The translations under genes and the position numbers were made by a program. Below, one piece after another: positions 10,337 to 20,204 of a stretch of 60,558 nucleotides of DNA. The notes under the pieces are model-generated. The model was given only the letters and a program-made list of their open reading frames with translations, had not been told where the DNA came from and searched no databases. Within the stretch, counting starts at the first letter, position 1, and each line of letters starts with the position of its first letter. The stretch is from contig CAZWKX010000007.1 of assembly GCA_964633975.1 (NCBI GenBank), forward strand, positions 159 to 60,716, read 5' to 3'. Source of the DNA: an uncultured Acidimicrobiia bacterium. GTDB lineage: Bacteria > Actinomycetota > Acidimicrobiia > Spongiisociales > UBA11373.

Positions 10337-10364
10337 CGCGCGCGCCACGTTTGAAGGAACCTGG

Positions 10365-11444
10365 ATGACGACGGAAGCACAAGGTCTGCAGGCCTACCTG
10401 GCTGTGATAAAGGTCGTTGGCGTCGGCGGCGGCGGCGTCAACGCGGTCAACCGCATGATCGAGGCAGGCTTGCGCGGTGTCGAGTTCGTTGCCATCAACA
10501 CCGACGCTCAGGCTTTGCTCATGTCCGACGCCGACATAAAGCTGGACATCGGGCGCAACATCACCAGGGGCTTGGGGGCCGGCGCCGACCCCGAGGTGGG
10601 CAGAGCGTCCGCCGAAGACCATCGTGAGGAGATCGAAGAGGCGCTCCGCGGATCGGACATGGTGTTCGTCACAGCAGGGGAAGGTGGCGGCACCGGCACC
10701 GGTGGCGCTCCCATCGTCGCCGAAGCCGCCCGCGGCATAGGGGCCCTGACTATTGCAGTGGTGACCAGGCCCTTCGGGTTCGAGGGACGGCGTCGCTCGG
10801 TTCAGGCGGAGCAGGGTATCCAGGCGCTTCGCAATGCCGTGGACACCCTGATCATCATTCCCAATCAGCGCCTGTTGGAGCACGGGGATTCCGGCCTTTC
10901 TATGCTCGATGCCTTCCGCCTCGCCGACGAGGTACTCCTCAACGGCGTGGGCGGCATCACCGATCTGATCACCACTCCTGGCCTCATCAACGTCGACTTC
11001 GCCGATGTGCGCTCCGTGCTTCACGGCGCCGGCTCCGCGGTCATGGGCATCGGCCGGGCCTCCGGCGAGGGCCGGGCGGAGCAGGCGGCACAGCGGGCCA
11101 TCAACAGCCCGATGCTCGAGGCATCGATGGAGGGCTCGAACGGGGTGCTGCTGTCGATTTGTGGTCCGGCCAACCTGACGCTGCAAGAAGTGAATCGCGC
11201 CGCGGTGTCCATCGCCGAGCACTGCGATCCCGATGCCAACCTTATCTTCGGTGCCATCATCGACGACTCACTCGGCGATGAGATCAGGGTTACGGCCATC
11301 GCCGCCGGCTTCGAGACCGAACAGGGCCGGCCGGTGCCGCGCTCCCGCGCCGCCAGAACGGCCATTGCCGACCTGCCGCTGGAGCCGGCCGAGCCGGGCG
11401 ACGCGTTCGACGATCTCGACATCCCGGATTTCCTCAAGGGATGA
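10365..11444 (+). CDS. ftsZ: Cell division GTPase FtsZ
   Basis: [26 protein letters not shown] tubulin signature, NVDFAD, C-terminal LDIPDFL. Confidence 0.99.
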   Translation: MTTEAQGLQAYLAVIKVVGVGGGGVNAVNRMIEAGLRGVEFVAINTDAQALLMSDADIKLDIGRNITRGLGAGADPEVGRASAEDHREEIEEALRGSDMVFVTAGEGGGTGTGGAPIVAEAARGIGALTIAVVTRPFGFEGRRRSVQAEQGIQALRNAVDTLIIIPNQRLLEHGDSGLSMLDAFRLADEVLLNGVGGITDLITTPGLINVDFADVRSVLHGAGSAVMGIGRASGEGRAEQAAQRAINSPMLEASMEGSNGVLLSICGPANLTLQEVNRAAVSIAEHCDPDANLIFGAIIDDSLGDEIRVTAIAAGFETEQGRPVPRSRAARTAIADLPLEPAEPGDAFDDLDIPDFLKG

Positions 11445-12064
11445 TCCTGGTCCCCGGTTTCGCGGGGGCGGCATTCGGCACTGCCGCAGATGGAGACCGT
11501 TCGGATCCCGAGGCGCGTCGTCGCATAGCCGCCGGTCTCGGCGTTCCCGCTGCATGGGCTTGGCTGCGGCAGGTTCACGGAAGCCGGGTGCTGCAGGCCA
11601 CCGGGCCGGGTCTCGTCGGCAACGGTGACGGCCTGGTGACGGCGGCGGCCGGGCTGCCCCTGACGGTGGCGACGGCCGACTGCTTCGCGGTGATATTGGA
11701 GGGTGAAGGCGGAGTCGGGATCGCCCACGTCGGGTGGCGAGGAGCCGCCGCCGGGGTGGTAGCCGCCACACGCCGGGCTCTGGAAGGGCTGGGCGTACGT
11801 CCTAGGCGTGCCGCCATCGGACCGGGCATCGGGCCCTGTTGTTTTGAGGTGGGGGCCGAGGTCGCCGGCCGGTTCGCCGGTCATTTGGGCCGCACCACTT
11901 GGGGAGCGCCGAGCGCCGACCTGGTCGGCGCATTCGAGGCCGAGCTGTCCGGGCTCGACGTGTGGAGAAGCGGCGCGTGCACCATGTGTGGTGAAGGATT
12001 CCACTCGTTTCGGCGGGACGGCACCGGAAACAGACAGACTGCGCTGGCATGGCTGACGGCCTGA
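11441..12064 (+). CDS. pgeF: Peptidoglycan editing factor PgeF/YfiH (laccase-domain protein)
   Basis: [29 protein letters not shown]; conserved position after ftsZ. Confidence 0.88.
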   Translation: MILVPGFAGAAFGTAADGDRSDPEARRRIAAGLGVPAAWAWLRQVHGSRVLQATGPGLVGNGDGLVTAAAGLPLTVATADCFAVILEGEGGVGIAHVGWRGAAAGVVAATRRALEGLGVRPRRAAIGPGIGPCCFEVGAEVAGRFAGHLGRTTWGAPSADLVGAFEAELSGLDVWRSGACTMCGEGFHSFRRDGTGNRQTALAWLTA

Positions 12065-12726
12065 GCGCGGTCTGGGCAAGGGTCGCGGCGGCCGCGGCTC
12101 GCGCTGGGCGTGCCGTCGAGGACGTCACGCTGGTGGCGATCAGCAAGCAGGCCGATGCAGGGGCGATCCTCGTCGCCTACCGGCAGGGGCATCGTGACTT
12201 TGGGGAGAACAGAGCGGCCGCCCTTCTGGAGCGGGTCAAGCTGCTGCCGAGTGATGCTCGATGGCACTTCGTTGGGAGGCTCCAGGGGAACAAAGTGAGG
12301 CGGGTGCGTCCCGTCGCCTACCTGCTGCACTCGCTGGACAGGCCCGAGCTGGTGCACTACTGGGTCAAGGGTCCCGGCTTGCCTCCACCCGTTCTCGTGC
12401 AGGTCAACGTGGCGGCGGAGCCGCAGAAGGCCGGCGTGGCCGTCGAGGAGGCCGAGGCTCTGGTGGAGCTTGCGATGAGATCAGGGCTCGATGTGCGGGG
12501 TCTCATGACGATGCCGCCGCCGACCGACGACCCCGAGACGTCTCGTTCTCACTTCCGCACATTGGCCGCGCTCGGGGATCGGCTTTCGAGGCGGTGGCCG
12601 GGGCTGACCGAGCTTTCGATGGGCATGACCGACGACTTCGAAGTTGCGGTAGAGGAAGGTGCCACTATCTTGCGGGTGGGACGAGCTATCTTTTGTCCAT
12701 CCCCCGACGAGCGAGGGCACACGTAA
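12049..12726 (+). CDS. yggS: YggS family PLP homeostasis protein
   Basis: LVAISK, FGENR, WHFVGRLQGNK, LSMGMTDDFEVAVEEGATILRVGRAIF. Confidence 0.93.
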   Translation: MADGLSAVWARVAAAAARAGRAVEDVTLVAISKQADAGAILVAYRQGHRDFGENRAAALLERVKLLPSDARWHFVGRLQGNKVRRVRPVAYLLHSLDRPELVHYWVKGPGLPPPVLVQVNVAAEPQKAGVAVEEAEALVELAMRSGLDVRGLMTMPPPTDDPETSRSHFRTLAALGDRLSRRWPGLTELSMGMTDDFEVAVEEGATILRVGRAIFCPSPDERGHT

Positions 12727-13319
12727 TGGCAAGCTTGTGGCAGAGGACCCTCTTCTATCTCGGTCTTGTTGACGAGGAAGAAGGCGGCTACGAGGCGCCG
12801 GCGGACGAGTCCGTCCAGGTGCGGCCTGAGTCCTATGGGGCGGGACAGGCCCTGCCGCCGGGGCAGGGACAGCGGCGGACGTACCCGCCCACCGACTCTC
12901 CCTACGGGGGCCGCCGAGTGGAACCGCCCATGGCGGCGCGTCGACGCACCGTGTCCGATGGGGCTCTGACCGACGCCGGTGTCATCGTGACTCCCGCCGA
13001 GACCTCTGCGGTGCGAACCGTGACCGAGCAGGATCTGGAGACCGAGATCATCACGGCCCGCTCGTACTCGGATGCTCAGAAGCTGGCCGACCAGCTCCGT
13101 GCCAGCGTCCCCGTGATCCTCGACCTCCGCAAGGTGGAGCCGGCGATGGTGCGCCGGCTGGTGGATTTCGCCAGCGGTCTGACCTACGCGCTCGGCGGCA
13201 CCATGAGGAAGGTCGCCCAGGGGGTGATTCTGGTCACGCCGGCCAACGTCAATATCACCCGGGATGAGCGACGACGCTTGGAGAGTCTGGGCTACTACGA
13301 CTCGGGCGAGATCTCGTAG
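12726..13319 (+). CDS. sepF: Cell division protein SepF
   Basis: ATG at 12726 overlapping yggS stop; N-terminal amphipathic helix (LWQRTLFYLGL), C-terminal RRLVDFASGLTYALGG...LVTPANV. Confidence 0.92.
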   Translation: MASLWQRTLFYLGLVDEEEGGYEAPADESVQVRPESYGAGQALPPGQGQRRTYPPTDSPYGGRRVEPPMAARRRTVSDGALTDAGVIVTPAETSAVRTVTEQDLETEIITARSYSDAQKLADQLRASVPVILDLRKVEPAMVRRLVDFASGLTYALGGTMRKVAQGVILVTPANVNITRDERRRLESLGYYDSGEIS

Positions 13320-13570
13320 TGGACGTTGTCGTCTTCGCCATAGAGATTTACATCCTGGTCATCATCGTGCGGATCATCCTCGAATGGATCCCCGTCGACT
13401 ACGACCACCCGGTCGGTCGCGTTCGCAGCGTCCTGCGCGCCGTCACCGAACCGGTGCTGGCTCCGGTGCGGGTCCTCGTTCCTTCGATACGTATGGGGGA
13501 CGCGGCTCTGGATCTGTCGCCGGTGATAGTGGTGATCCTGCTGGGGCTGATCGCCGGCCTGCTTAGGTGA
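13319..13570 (+). CDS. yggT: YggT/YlmG family membrane protein
   Basis: RIILEWIP...VTEPVLAPVR...LDLSP family pattern. Confidence 0.9.
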   Translation: MDVVVFAIEIYILVIIVRIILEWIPVDYDHPVGRVRSVLRAVTEPVLAPVRVLVPSIRMGDAALDLSPVIVVILLGLIAGLLR

Positions 13571-13581
13571 ATCCAGCCGGT

Positions 13582-16500
13582 TCAGCGGGTCGCGATGTCG
13601 ATGGCGGCGGCCTCACCCTCGATTTCGACGGTTTCCCCGATTCCCGTGCTCTCGACGACTTCGACGGCCAGAACTTCGGCGGCGATCCAGTCGCCGTGGA
13701 GGGCCATGGCCTCCGCCACCCGCGCCGATTTGCTGGACCAGCCGAGAACGATGCGGTCCGAGACGTCGAGACCGTGGGCGCGCCGCAGGCCCTGGACCAC
13801 CTTCACGATCTCACGGGCCAGCCCTTCGAGTGAGAGCTCGGGAGTGACCGCGGTGTCCAGGGCGACGGACACCAGCTGGTCCGCGGCAACGACGACTCCT
13901 TCAAGAGGCCGGCGCCCCACGGTGACGTCGTCGAGGACGATCACTTCACCGGCCACGCTCAGCTCCTGGCTATCGAGAAGGCGGGCCACGGCGTTTTCGT
14001 CGAGCGCCTCGATGGCCGCGGCGATTTCCGGCATGCGGGCTCCGAACCGGGGGCCGAGCACTCTGTAGTTGGGTTTGGCGCTGATGTGAGCGTGCGCCCG
14101 CTCGTCTTCGCTCGTGGCCACCGTCTTCACGTTGAGCTCATCGCCGATGAGGTCGGCGTGTGCCTCGACGACGGCGCGCACGTTGTCGTCGTGGCTCACC
14201 ACGGTCAGCGTCTGAAGGGGCTGCCGTACCCGGAGCCCGTGGGAGCGGCGCAGGCCGCGAGCGAGAGTGACGACCGAGCGGACCACGGCCATGGATGCCT
14301 CGAGCGCGGGGTCGATGAGTTTGGCCCCGGCCTGCGGGTAGTCCTCGTGGTGCACGCTGGCGGGGCCGTCTGCATTGGATCGCTGTCCCACCACGAGTCC
14401 CTGATACATGACTTCCGTGACGAATGGCAGCACAGGGGCCATGAGCTTGGTGAAAGTGACAAGAACTTCATACAGGGTGGCAAACGCCGCCTCCGTGTCG
14501 CGTCTGGCTGCCGTCGATTCGGCGTCGCGACGGCGCCAGAAACGGCGGCGCGAGCGACGGATGTACCAGTTCGTGAGATCGTCGACAAAGTCGACGAGCG
14601 GTGGGATCACGTTGTAGAGGTAGTACCCCTCCATCTGCTCGTTGACCTGTTTCACAAGGCTCTGGAGCACGGAGAGGATCCAGCGGTCGATCTCGGGGCG
14701 ATTGGAGGGCGGTGGGGCCGTCTCGAGATCGACGACCGAGATGTCCTCGGCCGAGGCGTAGGTGGTGAAGAATGAATAGGCGTTCCAGAGCGGCAGCATC
14801 ACGGCTCGCACCACGTCGCGCACCCCCGAAGGGGAGAACCGCAGCGGCTCGGCCCGCACCACCGGCGAGTTGATCAAGTAGGTGCGAAGGGCATCAGCGC
14901 CGTACTCCTCGATCAGCTCGAACGGGTCCGGGTAGTTCTTCAGGCTCTTGGACATCTTGCGGCCGTCTTCGGCGAGGATGAGGCCGTTGACGACGCAGTT
15001 GCGGAACGGGATGTCGTCGAAGAGGGCGGTGGCCAGCACGAGCAGGGTGTAGAACCAGCCTCGAGTCTGGTCCAAGCCTTCGGCGATGTAGTCGGCGGGG
15101 AATCGACGGGCGAATTCGTCTGCACCCTCGAACGGGTAGTGGTGCTGGGCGTAGGGCATGGAGCCCGACTCGAACCATACGTCGAGTACCTCTGGCACCC
15201 GGCGCATCTCCCCGCCGCAGGCACATGGGAATGTGACCTCGTCGACGACGTGCTTGTGCAGGTCGGTGAGGCGGACGCCTGATCGTTCCTCGAGCTCGCC
15301 GATAGAGCTGATACAGACCTTGTCGTCGCACGATGAGCACTCCCAGACCGGGATGCACGAGCCCCAGTAGCGGTTGCGGCTTATGGCCCAGTCGCGGGTC
15401 TGCTTGAGCCAGTTGCCGAAGCGCCTCTCTCCAACATGATCGGGAACCCAGTGGATGCGCTCGTTGAGCTCGACCATGCGCTCTCGAATGCTCTCGACCC
15501 GGATGAACCAGGTAGGGATGGCCTTGTAGATGAGAGGCGTGCCGGTGCGCCAGCAGAAGGGGTAGGCGTGCACGATGGTTCCGCTCTGCACCAGGATGCC
15601 CCGCTCCTTCAGCAGCCCCATCAGCACGGCATCTGCGTCTTTGACGAACATGCCCGAGACGTCGGGAACCTGGTCGGTGAATCGGGCCTCGGCATCCACC
15701 GGGTCGACGAGAGACTCGATCCCGGCCGCTTGAAGGGCGTAGAAGTCGGCTTCGCCGTAGGCGGGCGCCATGTGAACCAGCCCGCTGCCCTCGTCGGTTG
15801 TGGTGTCCTCGCTGTCTATGACGACGAAGGCGCCGCGTTGCCTCTCGTCGGCGAAGTAGCCGAAGGGCGGCTGGTAGCTGGTGCCCAGGAGATCCGCCCC
15901 CGCTCCTTCGGCAGAAGGAGGGGGCGCCTCCGCGCCCCAGAAGGCCTGCACCAGATCGGCTGCGACCCAGTAGCGGCCCTCGAGGCCGTTGATAGGCGCG
16001 TCGATGCGCACGTAGCGGGCGTCGCTGCGCACGGCGACCGCCAGGTTGGCGGGGAGTGTCCAGGGGGTGGTCGTCCAGACCAGCAGATAGTCGCCGAGCT
16101 GTGCCGGTCCGTGGTCCTCTATCACGCGCAGCCGGACCGTCAGTGACGGGTCCTCCACGTCGCGGTAGTCCAGGTTCGCCTCGAAGTTGGAGAGCGGTGT
16201 GGAGGCCCCATACGAATAGGGGAGCACCTTGAAGTCGCGGTAGACGAGGCCCTTGTTCCAAAGCTGTGCGAACACCCACCACACCGATTCCATGAAGCTG
16301 AGATCCATGGTCTTGTAGTCGTCTTCGAAATCGACCCAGCGGCCGATTCGGCGCGTGATGGCTTCCCAGGCCTCGGTATTGGCATCGACCCGTCTGCGGC
16401 AGGCTTCGTTGAACTTGGCCACTCCGTAGGCCTGGATGTCGGAAGGACCCGACAGGTTCAGTTCCGCCTGAACCTCCATCTCGATGGGAAGGCCGTGGGT

Positions 16501-16773
16501 GTCCCACCCGAAGCGGCGCTCCACCCGGTGGCCTCGCATCGTCCAGTACCGGGGAACGATGTCCTTGAGAACGCCGGCCAGCAAGTTCCCGTAGTGAGGG
16601 CTGCCGGTCGGGAAGGGAGGGCCGTCGTAGAAGGTGAATTCGGTCTCTTCCGGGCGCATCGCCACCGATACCCGGAAGGCGTCAAGGCGCTCCCAGAGGT
16701 CGAGGATCTCCTCCTCCTGCGCGGGAAAGGAGATGTGGGGGGAGACTCGTGTGAAGGGTGTACGCCTCGCCAT
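13582..16773 (-). CDS. ileS: Isoleucine--tRNA ligase (type 2)
   Basis: FYDGPP, HYGN (HIGH-like), GWDTHGLP, WTTTPWTLPAN, DWAISRNRYWG, EGLDQTRGWF, KMSKS; type-2 C-terminal AREIV..VQ.LRR...L.VSDRI; ATG 16773 with GAGGA SD. Confidence 0.97.
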   Translation of the reverse strand: MARRTPFTRVSPHISFPAQEEEILDLWERLDAFRVSVAMRPEETEFTFYDGPPFPTGSPHYGNLLAGVLKDIVPRYWTMRGHRVERRFGWDTHGLPIEMEVQAELNLSGPSDIQAYGVAKFNEACRRRVDANTEAWEAITRRIGRWVDFEDDYKTMDLSFMESVWWVFAQLWNKGLVYRDFKVLPYSYGASTPLSNFEANLDYRDVEDPSLTVRLRVIEDHGPAQLGDYLLVWTTTPWTLPANLAVAVRSDARYVRIDAPINGLEGRYWVAADLVQAFWGAEAPPPSAEGAGADLLGTSYQPPFGYFADERQRGAFVVIDSEDTTTDEGSGLVHMAPAYGEADFYALQAAGIESLVDPVDAEARFTDQVPDVSGMFVKDADAVLMGLLKERGILVQSGTIVHAYPFCWRTGTPLIYKAIPTWFIRVESIRERMVELNERIHWVPDHVGERRFGNWLKQTRDWAISRNRYWGSCIPVWECSSCDDKVCISSIGELEERSGVRLTDLHKHVVDEVTFPCACGGEMRRVPEVLDVWFESGSMPYAQHHYPFEGADEFARRFPADYIAEGLDQTRGWFYTLLVLATALFDDIPFRNCVVNGLILAEDGRKMSKSLKNYPDPFELIEEYGADALRTYLINSPVVRAEPLRFSPSGVRDVVRAVMLPLWNAYSFFTTYASAEDISVVDLETAPPPSNRPEIDRWILSVLQSLVKQVNEQMEGYYLYNVIPPLVDFVDDLTNWYIRRSRRRFWRRRDAESTAARRDTEAAFATLYEVLVTFTKLMAPVLPFVTEVMYQGLVVGQRSNADGPASVHHEDYPQAGAKLIDPALEASMAVVRSVVTLARGLRRSHGLRVRQPLQTLTVVSHDDNVRAVVEAHADLIGDELNVKTVATSEDERAHAHISAKPNYRVLGPRFGARMPEIAAAIEALDENAVARLLDSQELSVAGEVIVLDDVTVGRRPLEGVVVAADQLVSVALDTAVTPELSLEGLAREIVKVVQGLRRAHGLDVSDRIVLGWSSKSARVAEAMALHGDWIAAEVLAVEVVESTGIGETVEIEGEAAAIDIATR

Positions 16774-16774
16774 G

Positions 16775-16980
16775 GTGTCCTCGGTTGCCGTCCGCCGGGA
16801 CGAGCGTGGCCCGCGGTACCACCCGGCTTGCCACCCCGCAAGGTGACCGCTCCTCTTCCCCATGTCGGCGGGGGATCCGGCGGGCTCTACTGAGGCGACC
16901 AGGCCTGTTCTTCCCGCAGCTCCGGGGTGATGTCCGCTCCGGCTGTGGATCCCGGGCGGCGCGTCCCCTTCAACGCCGTG
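16775..16980 (-). ncRNA. ileS T-box riboswitch (translational, Ile AUC specifier)
   Basis: Minus strand: AUC specifier 16931-16929, GGGAAGAAC/AGTAGA Stem II S-turn elements, CAAGCCGGGTGGTACCGCGG T-box 16830-16811 pairing with CCCGGC 16799-16794; TACCAT -10 at 16993-16988. Confidence 0.93.
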
Positions 16981-17054
16981 GCGGGGGATGGTAGCGCACC
17001 ACCGTGGGCTTGCGGCGCTCCTCCCGGCGGCCGGCGACGTTAGCCTTTCAAAGC

Positions 17055-17360
17055 GTGTCCGAGCTGAGAGATGTGGTTCGGGCCGCTCCCAACGGGGTGG
17101 TCGTCGCGGTGTGGGTCGTGCCGCGTTCGAGTCGCGACGAGGTCAGCGGCCTTCACGGTGGCGCGCTGCGAGTGCGCGTAAAGGTGCCTCCGGAGCAGGG
17201 CCGGGCCAACAAGGCAGCCGCGTCGCTTGTAGCCGGCGCTCTCGGGGGGCATTCCGGCGAGATCCTTTCGGGCGGAACCTCGCGGCGCAAGCAGATTCTC
17301 GTCACCGGAGTCGGCCTGCCGGAGGCGTTGCGCATCCTGGAGTCCCTACTGGGCCGTTAG
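17055..17360 (+). CDS. DUF167 (YggU/UPF0235) family protein
   Basis: V.VVPRSSR...LRVRV..PPEQGRAN...GGTSRRK pattern; GTG start 8 nt after TAGCCT. Confidence 0.85.
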   Translation: MSELRDVVRAAPNGVVVAVWVVPRSSRDEVSGLHGGALRVRVKVPPEQGRANKAAASLVAGALGGHSGEILSGGTSRRKQILVTGVGLPEALRILESLLGR

Positions 17361-17414
17361 GCGATCCTGGGCGGCTTCGGCGTGCTAGCCTCTGCGGCCG
17401 CCACAGGAGGTCAT

Positions 17415-17789
17415 GTGGGTAGAGATCTTGCTCGGTCCACACTCGAGCGGTTCCGCAAGAAGCTCGAATTCGAGCGCGAACGCCTCTTGCAGGTCATTCG
17501 CGAGATCGAGGAGGAGCGTGAGGAGGTGCGCCTCACCGAGACCTCCTCGGAGCGCAGTCCCGATCCGAACACCGCCGAAGGTGGCTCGTTGGCGTTCGAG
17601 ATGGAGAAAGAGCTCTCACTGGCCGAGAACGCGGCGAGCCTGCTCGATCAGGTCGACGAGGCGCTCGAGCGTATCGACGGCAAAGGCTACGGCAATTGTG
17701 AGGTCTGCGGGGGGGCCATCCCTGTGGCTCGCCTGGAGGCGCTTCCCTACACGAAGCTCTGCATCGAATGCGCCTCGAATCGCAAGTGA
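17415..17789 (+). CDS. DksA/TraR family C4 zinc-finger protein
   Basis: Coiled-coil followed by ALERIDGKGYGNCEVCG..IP..RLEALP....CIEC; GGAGG before GTG. Confidence 0.9.
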   Translation: MGRDLARSTLERFRKKLEFERERLLQVIREIEEEREEVRLTETSSERSPDPNTAEGGSLAFEMEKELSLAENAASLLDQVDEALERIDGKGYGNCEVCGGAIPVARLEALPYTKLCIECASNRK

Positions 17790-18271
17790 GAGTGCGCCGG
17801 ACCGCGCTCCTGGTCGCCGGAGCGGTGCTGCTCGTCGACCAGCTCCTGAAATGGTGGGTGGTGAGCACCCTCCCAGGGAAGCCGGTCGTGATCATCAAAG
17901 GCTTTCTTCAGCTCGCCTACATCACCAATTCTGGTGCCGCCTTTGGGCTCCTGCGCGGCGCCGGCTCCGTGATTGCCCTGGTGGCCATCGCCGCCGCGGT
18001 CGTCATCGTCATGGTCGTGGGGCGTCTCCCTGAGCGGTGGGAGACAATCGCCATGAGCCTGGTGCTGGGTGGGGCGTTGGGCAATCTGGCGGACCGCCTG
18101 TTTCGCGGGCCCGGATTCCTTGACGGACAAGTGGTCGACTTCATCGACTTTCGCCACTTTCCCGCATTCAACGTTGCCGACAGCGCTATCACGGTGGGCG
18201 CTGCTCTCATAATCCTCCTCGCCCTGTCGGGGCGCCGTACTCTTGAGCCCGATGGAGCTGATACGGACTGA
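17786..18271 (+). CDS. lspA: Lipoprotein signal peptidase II
   Basis: DQLLK, NSGAAFG, GGALGNLADR, VVDFI, FNVADS. Confidence 0.95.
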   Translation: MRVRRTALLVAGAVLLVDQLLKWWVVSTLPGKPVVIIKGFLQLAYITNSGAAFGLLRGAGSVIALVAIAAAVVIVMVVGRLPERWETIAMSLVLGGALGNLADRLFRGPGFLDGQVVDFIDFRHFPAFNVADSAITVGAALIILLALSGRRTLEPDGADTD

Positions 18272-19181
18272 GGTGCCCGATGAGCTGGGCGGTGACCGGG
18301 CAGATCGAATAACCGCCGTGGTCGCCGATATGGGCCGATCACTGGCTCGGCGGCTGGTTGAGGAGGGCAAGGCCCTCTTCGACGGAGAGCGGGTCGCTCC
18401 ACACCAGCGCATCGGAGCGGGCGTCGTCGTGGAAATCGAAGCCCCTGAGCAGACGCCGGTCCTGGAGCCGGAGCACGTGCCGTTTGCCGTCGCATATGAG
18501 GACGAGCACCTCGCGGTGGTCGACAAGCCTGCGGGAATCGTCGTGCACCCGGGCGCCGGAGCCAAGCGAGGGACACTGGCCGCCGGGATTCTGCTGCGGT
18601 GGCCTCAGGTGCGCGGGGTGGGCGACGAAGATCGCTGGGGCATCGTCCATCGGCTCGATCGGGGCACTTCGGGGCTGCTCGTGGTTGCCCTCAGGATGCA
18701 CGTGCTGGAAAAGCTGCGCGAGATGGTGGCTCGTCATGAGATCGAACGTGGCTATCTGGCCCTGGTCCATGGGGCCTTCGAGGCGACAACCGGGAAGATC
18801 GATGCCCCTATCAGCCGGCATCCTCGGCGACGGGGGCGCATGCGTGTGGACGCGGCGGGACGCCCTGCCCGGACCCGCTATCGGGTGGCGGCCTCTTGGA
18901 CGGGGCCGGAGCTCTCATTGATCGAAGTTCAGCTCGAGACAGGGCGCACCCACCAGATCCGGGTCCACTTGGCGTCGATCGGGCACCCGGTGGTCTCTGA
19001 CCCGACCTACGGGCGCCGGGACGGGATCGCCGGACGGCAGTTCCTGCACGCGGCGAGCCTCGCTCTCCGGCATCCAGTGACGGGATCGCGAATCGAGGCA
19101 GAGTCGACGCTTCCCGACGATCTTCGATCCGTGCTGGACGCTCTAGGCGGCCCAGCGACGGGAAGAGTCGACGCGTTCTAG
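18252..19181 (+). CDS. rluD: RluA/RluD family RNA pseudouridine synthase
   Basis: S4-like N-terminus, VVDKPAG.VVHP, GIVHRLDRGTSG, LETGRTHQIRVH. Confidence 0.9.
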   Translation: MELIRTEVPDELGGDRADRITAVVADMGRSLARRLVEEGKALFDGERVAPHQRIGAGVVVEIEAPEQTPVLEPEHVPFAVAYEDEHLAVVDKPAGIVVHPGAGAKRGTLAAGILLRWPQVRGVGDEDRWGIVHRLDRGTSGLLVVALRMHVLEKLREMVARHEIERGYLALVHGAFEATTGKIDAPISRHPRRRGRMRVDAAGRPARTRYRVAASWTGPELSLIEVQLETGRTHQIRVHLASIGHPVVSDPTYGRRDGIAGRQFLHAASLALRHPVTGSRIEAESTLPDDLRSVLDALGGPATGRVDAF

Positions 19182-20194
19182 CCGAAGAACGTGCGCGCCA
19201 CCTCGAACAGCTCGTCGTCGACGCCGCGTGTCTCGGCGCAGGCTTCGGCAAGGGGGATGGGGACGATCTTGGCGCCGCGCAGAGCCACCATCAGTCCCCC
19301 TTTTCCCACCACGGCGAGATCGGCCGCGGCGGCTCCCAGCCGGGTGGCGAGCACTCGATCGAAAGCCGTCGGGGTTCCTCCCCGCTGCAGGTGACCAAGC
19401 ACGGTGACCCTGGTCTCGAAGCCGGTGAGATGTTCGAGCACAGGGGCAACCTGGTAGGCGACCCCGCCGAGGCGCTCGAACCCGAAGATGTCCTTCTGCA
19501 CCTCGAGCTTCTGCGGCGGCTGGATGCCTTCGGCCACGACGACGATCGAGTAGTGGCGGCCCCTGCGGTGGCGGCGGCGCACCACCTTGGCCACCTCTTC
19601 CAGGTCGAGCTGGATCTCGGGAATGAGGATGGCGTCGGCGCCTGCGGCCATGCCCGCATACGTGGCGATCCAGCCCTTGGTCCGGCCCATGACCTCCACG
19701 ACGATGATGCGGTTGTGTGCCTCTGCCGTCGTGCTGAGCCGGTCGATGGCCTCAGTGGCGATCTGCACCGCGGTGTCGAAGCCAAAGGTGAAATCGGTTG
19801 CGGCGATATCGTTGTCGATGGTCTTGGGCACACCGACGACGGCGAGACCTTCTTTGGAGAGCTCCAGGGCCGTCTTCAATGTGCCGTCTCCGCCGACGAC
19901 GACGAGTGCGTCCATGTCGAGCGACTCGATGGTCCGGCGGACGCTCTCGTAGCCCTTGCCGTGCACGTAGGGGTCCTTGCGGGACGTGCCGAGGATGGTG
20001 CCCCCGCGAGCGAGGATGCCGCGGACCGCGTCGCGATCGAGCGGGATGGTGTCTCCGTCCATGAGGCCTTCCCACCCGTTGAGGATGCCGACGGCCTCGG
20101 AGTCCGCGGCTACGGCTCGTGCCACGACGGCGCGGATCACCGCGTTGAGGCCGGGACAGTCACCCCCCGCGGTGAGCACTCCTATGGCGGCCAT
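19178..20194 (-). CDS. pfkA: 6-phosphofructokinase, PfkA family (GGDG/PKTIDND; predicted ATP-dependent)
   Basis: GGDCPGLNAVIR, GGTILGTSR, GGDGT, PKTIDND, EVMGR, LGHLQRGG; ATG 20194 with GAGGAG. Confidence 0.93.
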   Translation of the reverse strand: MAAIGVLTAGGDCPGLNAVIRAVVARAVAADSEAVGILNGWEGLMDGDTIPLDRDAVRGILARGGTILGTSRKDPYVHGKGYESVRRTIESLDMDALVVVGGDGTLKTALELSKEGLAVVGVPKTIDNDIAATDFTFGFDTAVQIATEAIDRLSTTAEAHNRIIVVEVMGRTKGWIATYAGMAAGADAILIPEIQLDLEEVAKVVRRRHRRGRHYSIVVVAEGIQPPQKLEVQKDIFGFERLGGVAYQVAPVLEHLTGFETRVTVLGHLQRGGTPTAFDRVLATRLGAAAADLAVVGKGGLMVALRGAKIVPIPLAEACAETRGVDDELFEVARTFFG

Positions 20195-20204
20195 TCGTCT
20201 CTCC

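Noticed and set aside
9467-10365. Absence of ftsA and ddl from the dcw cluster
   Set aside because: Normal for actinobacteria: SepF anchors FtsZ and ddl is usually elsewhere
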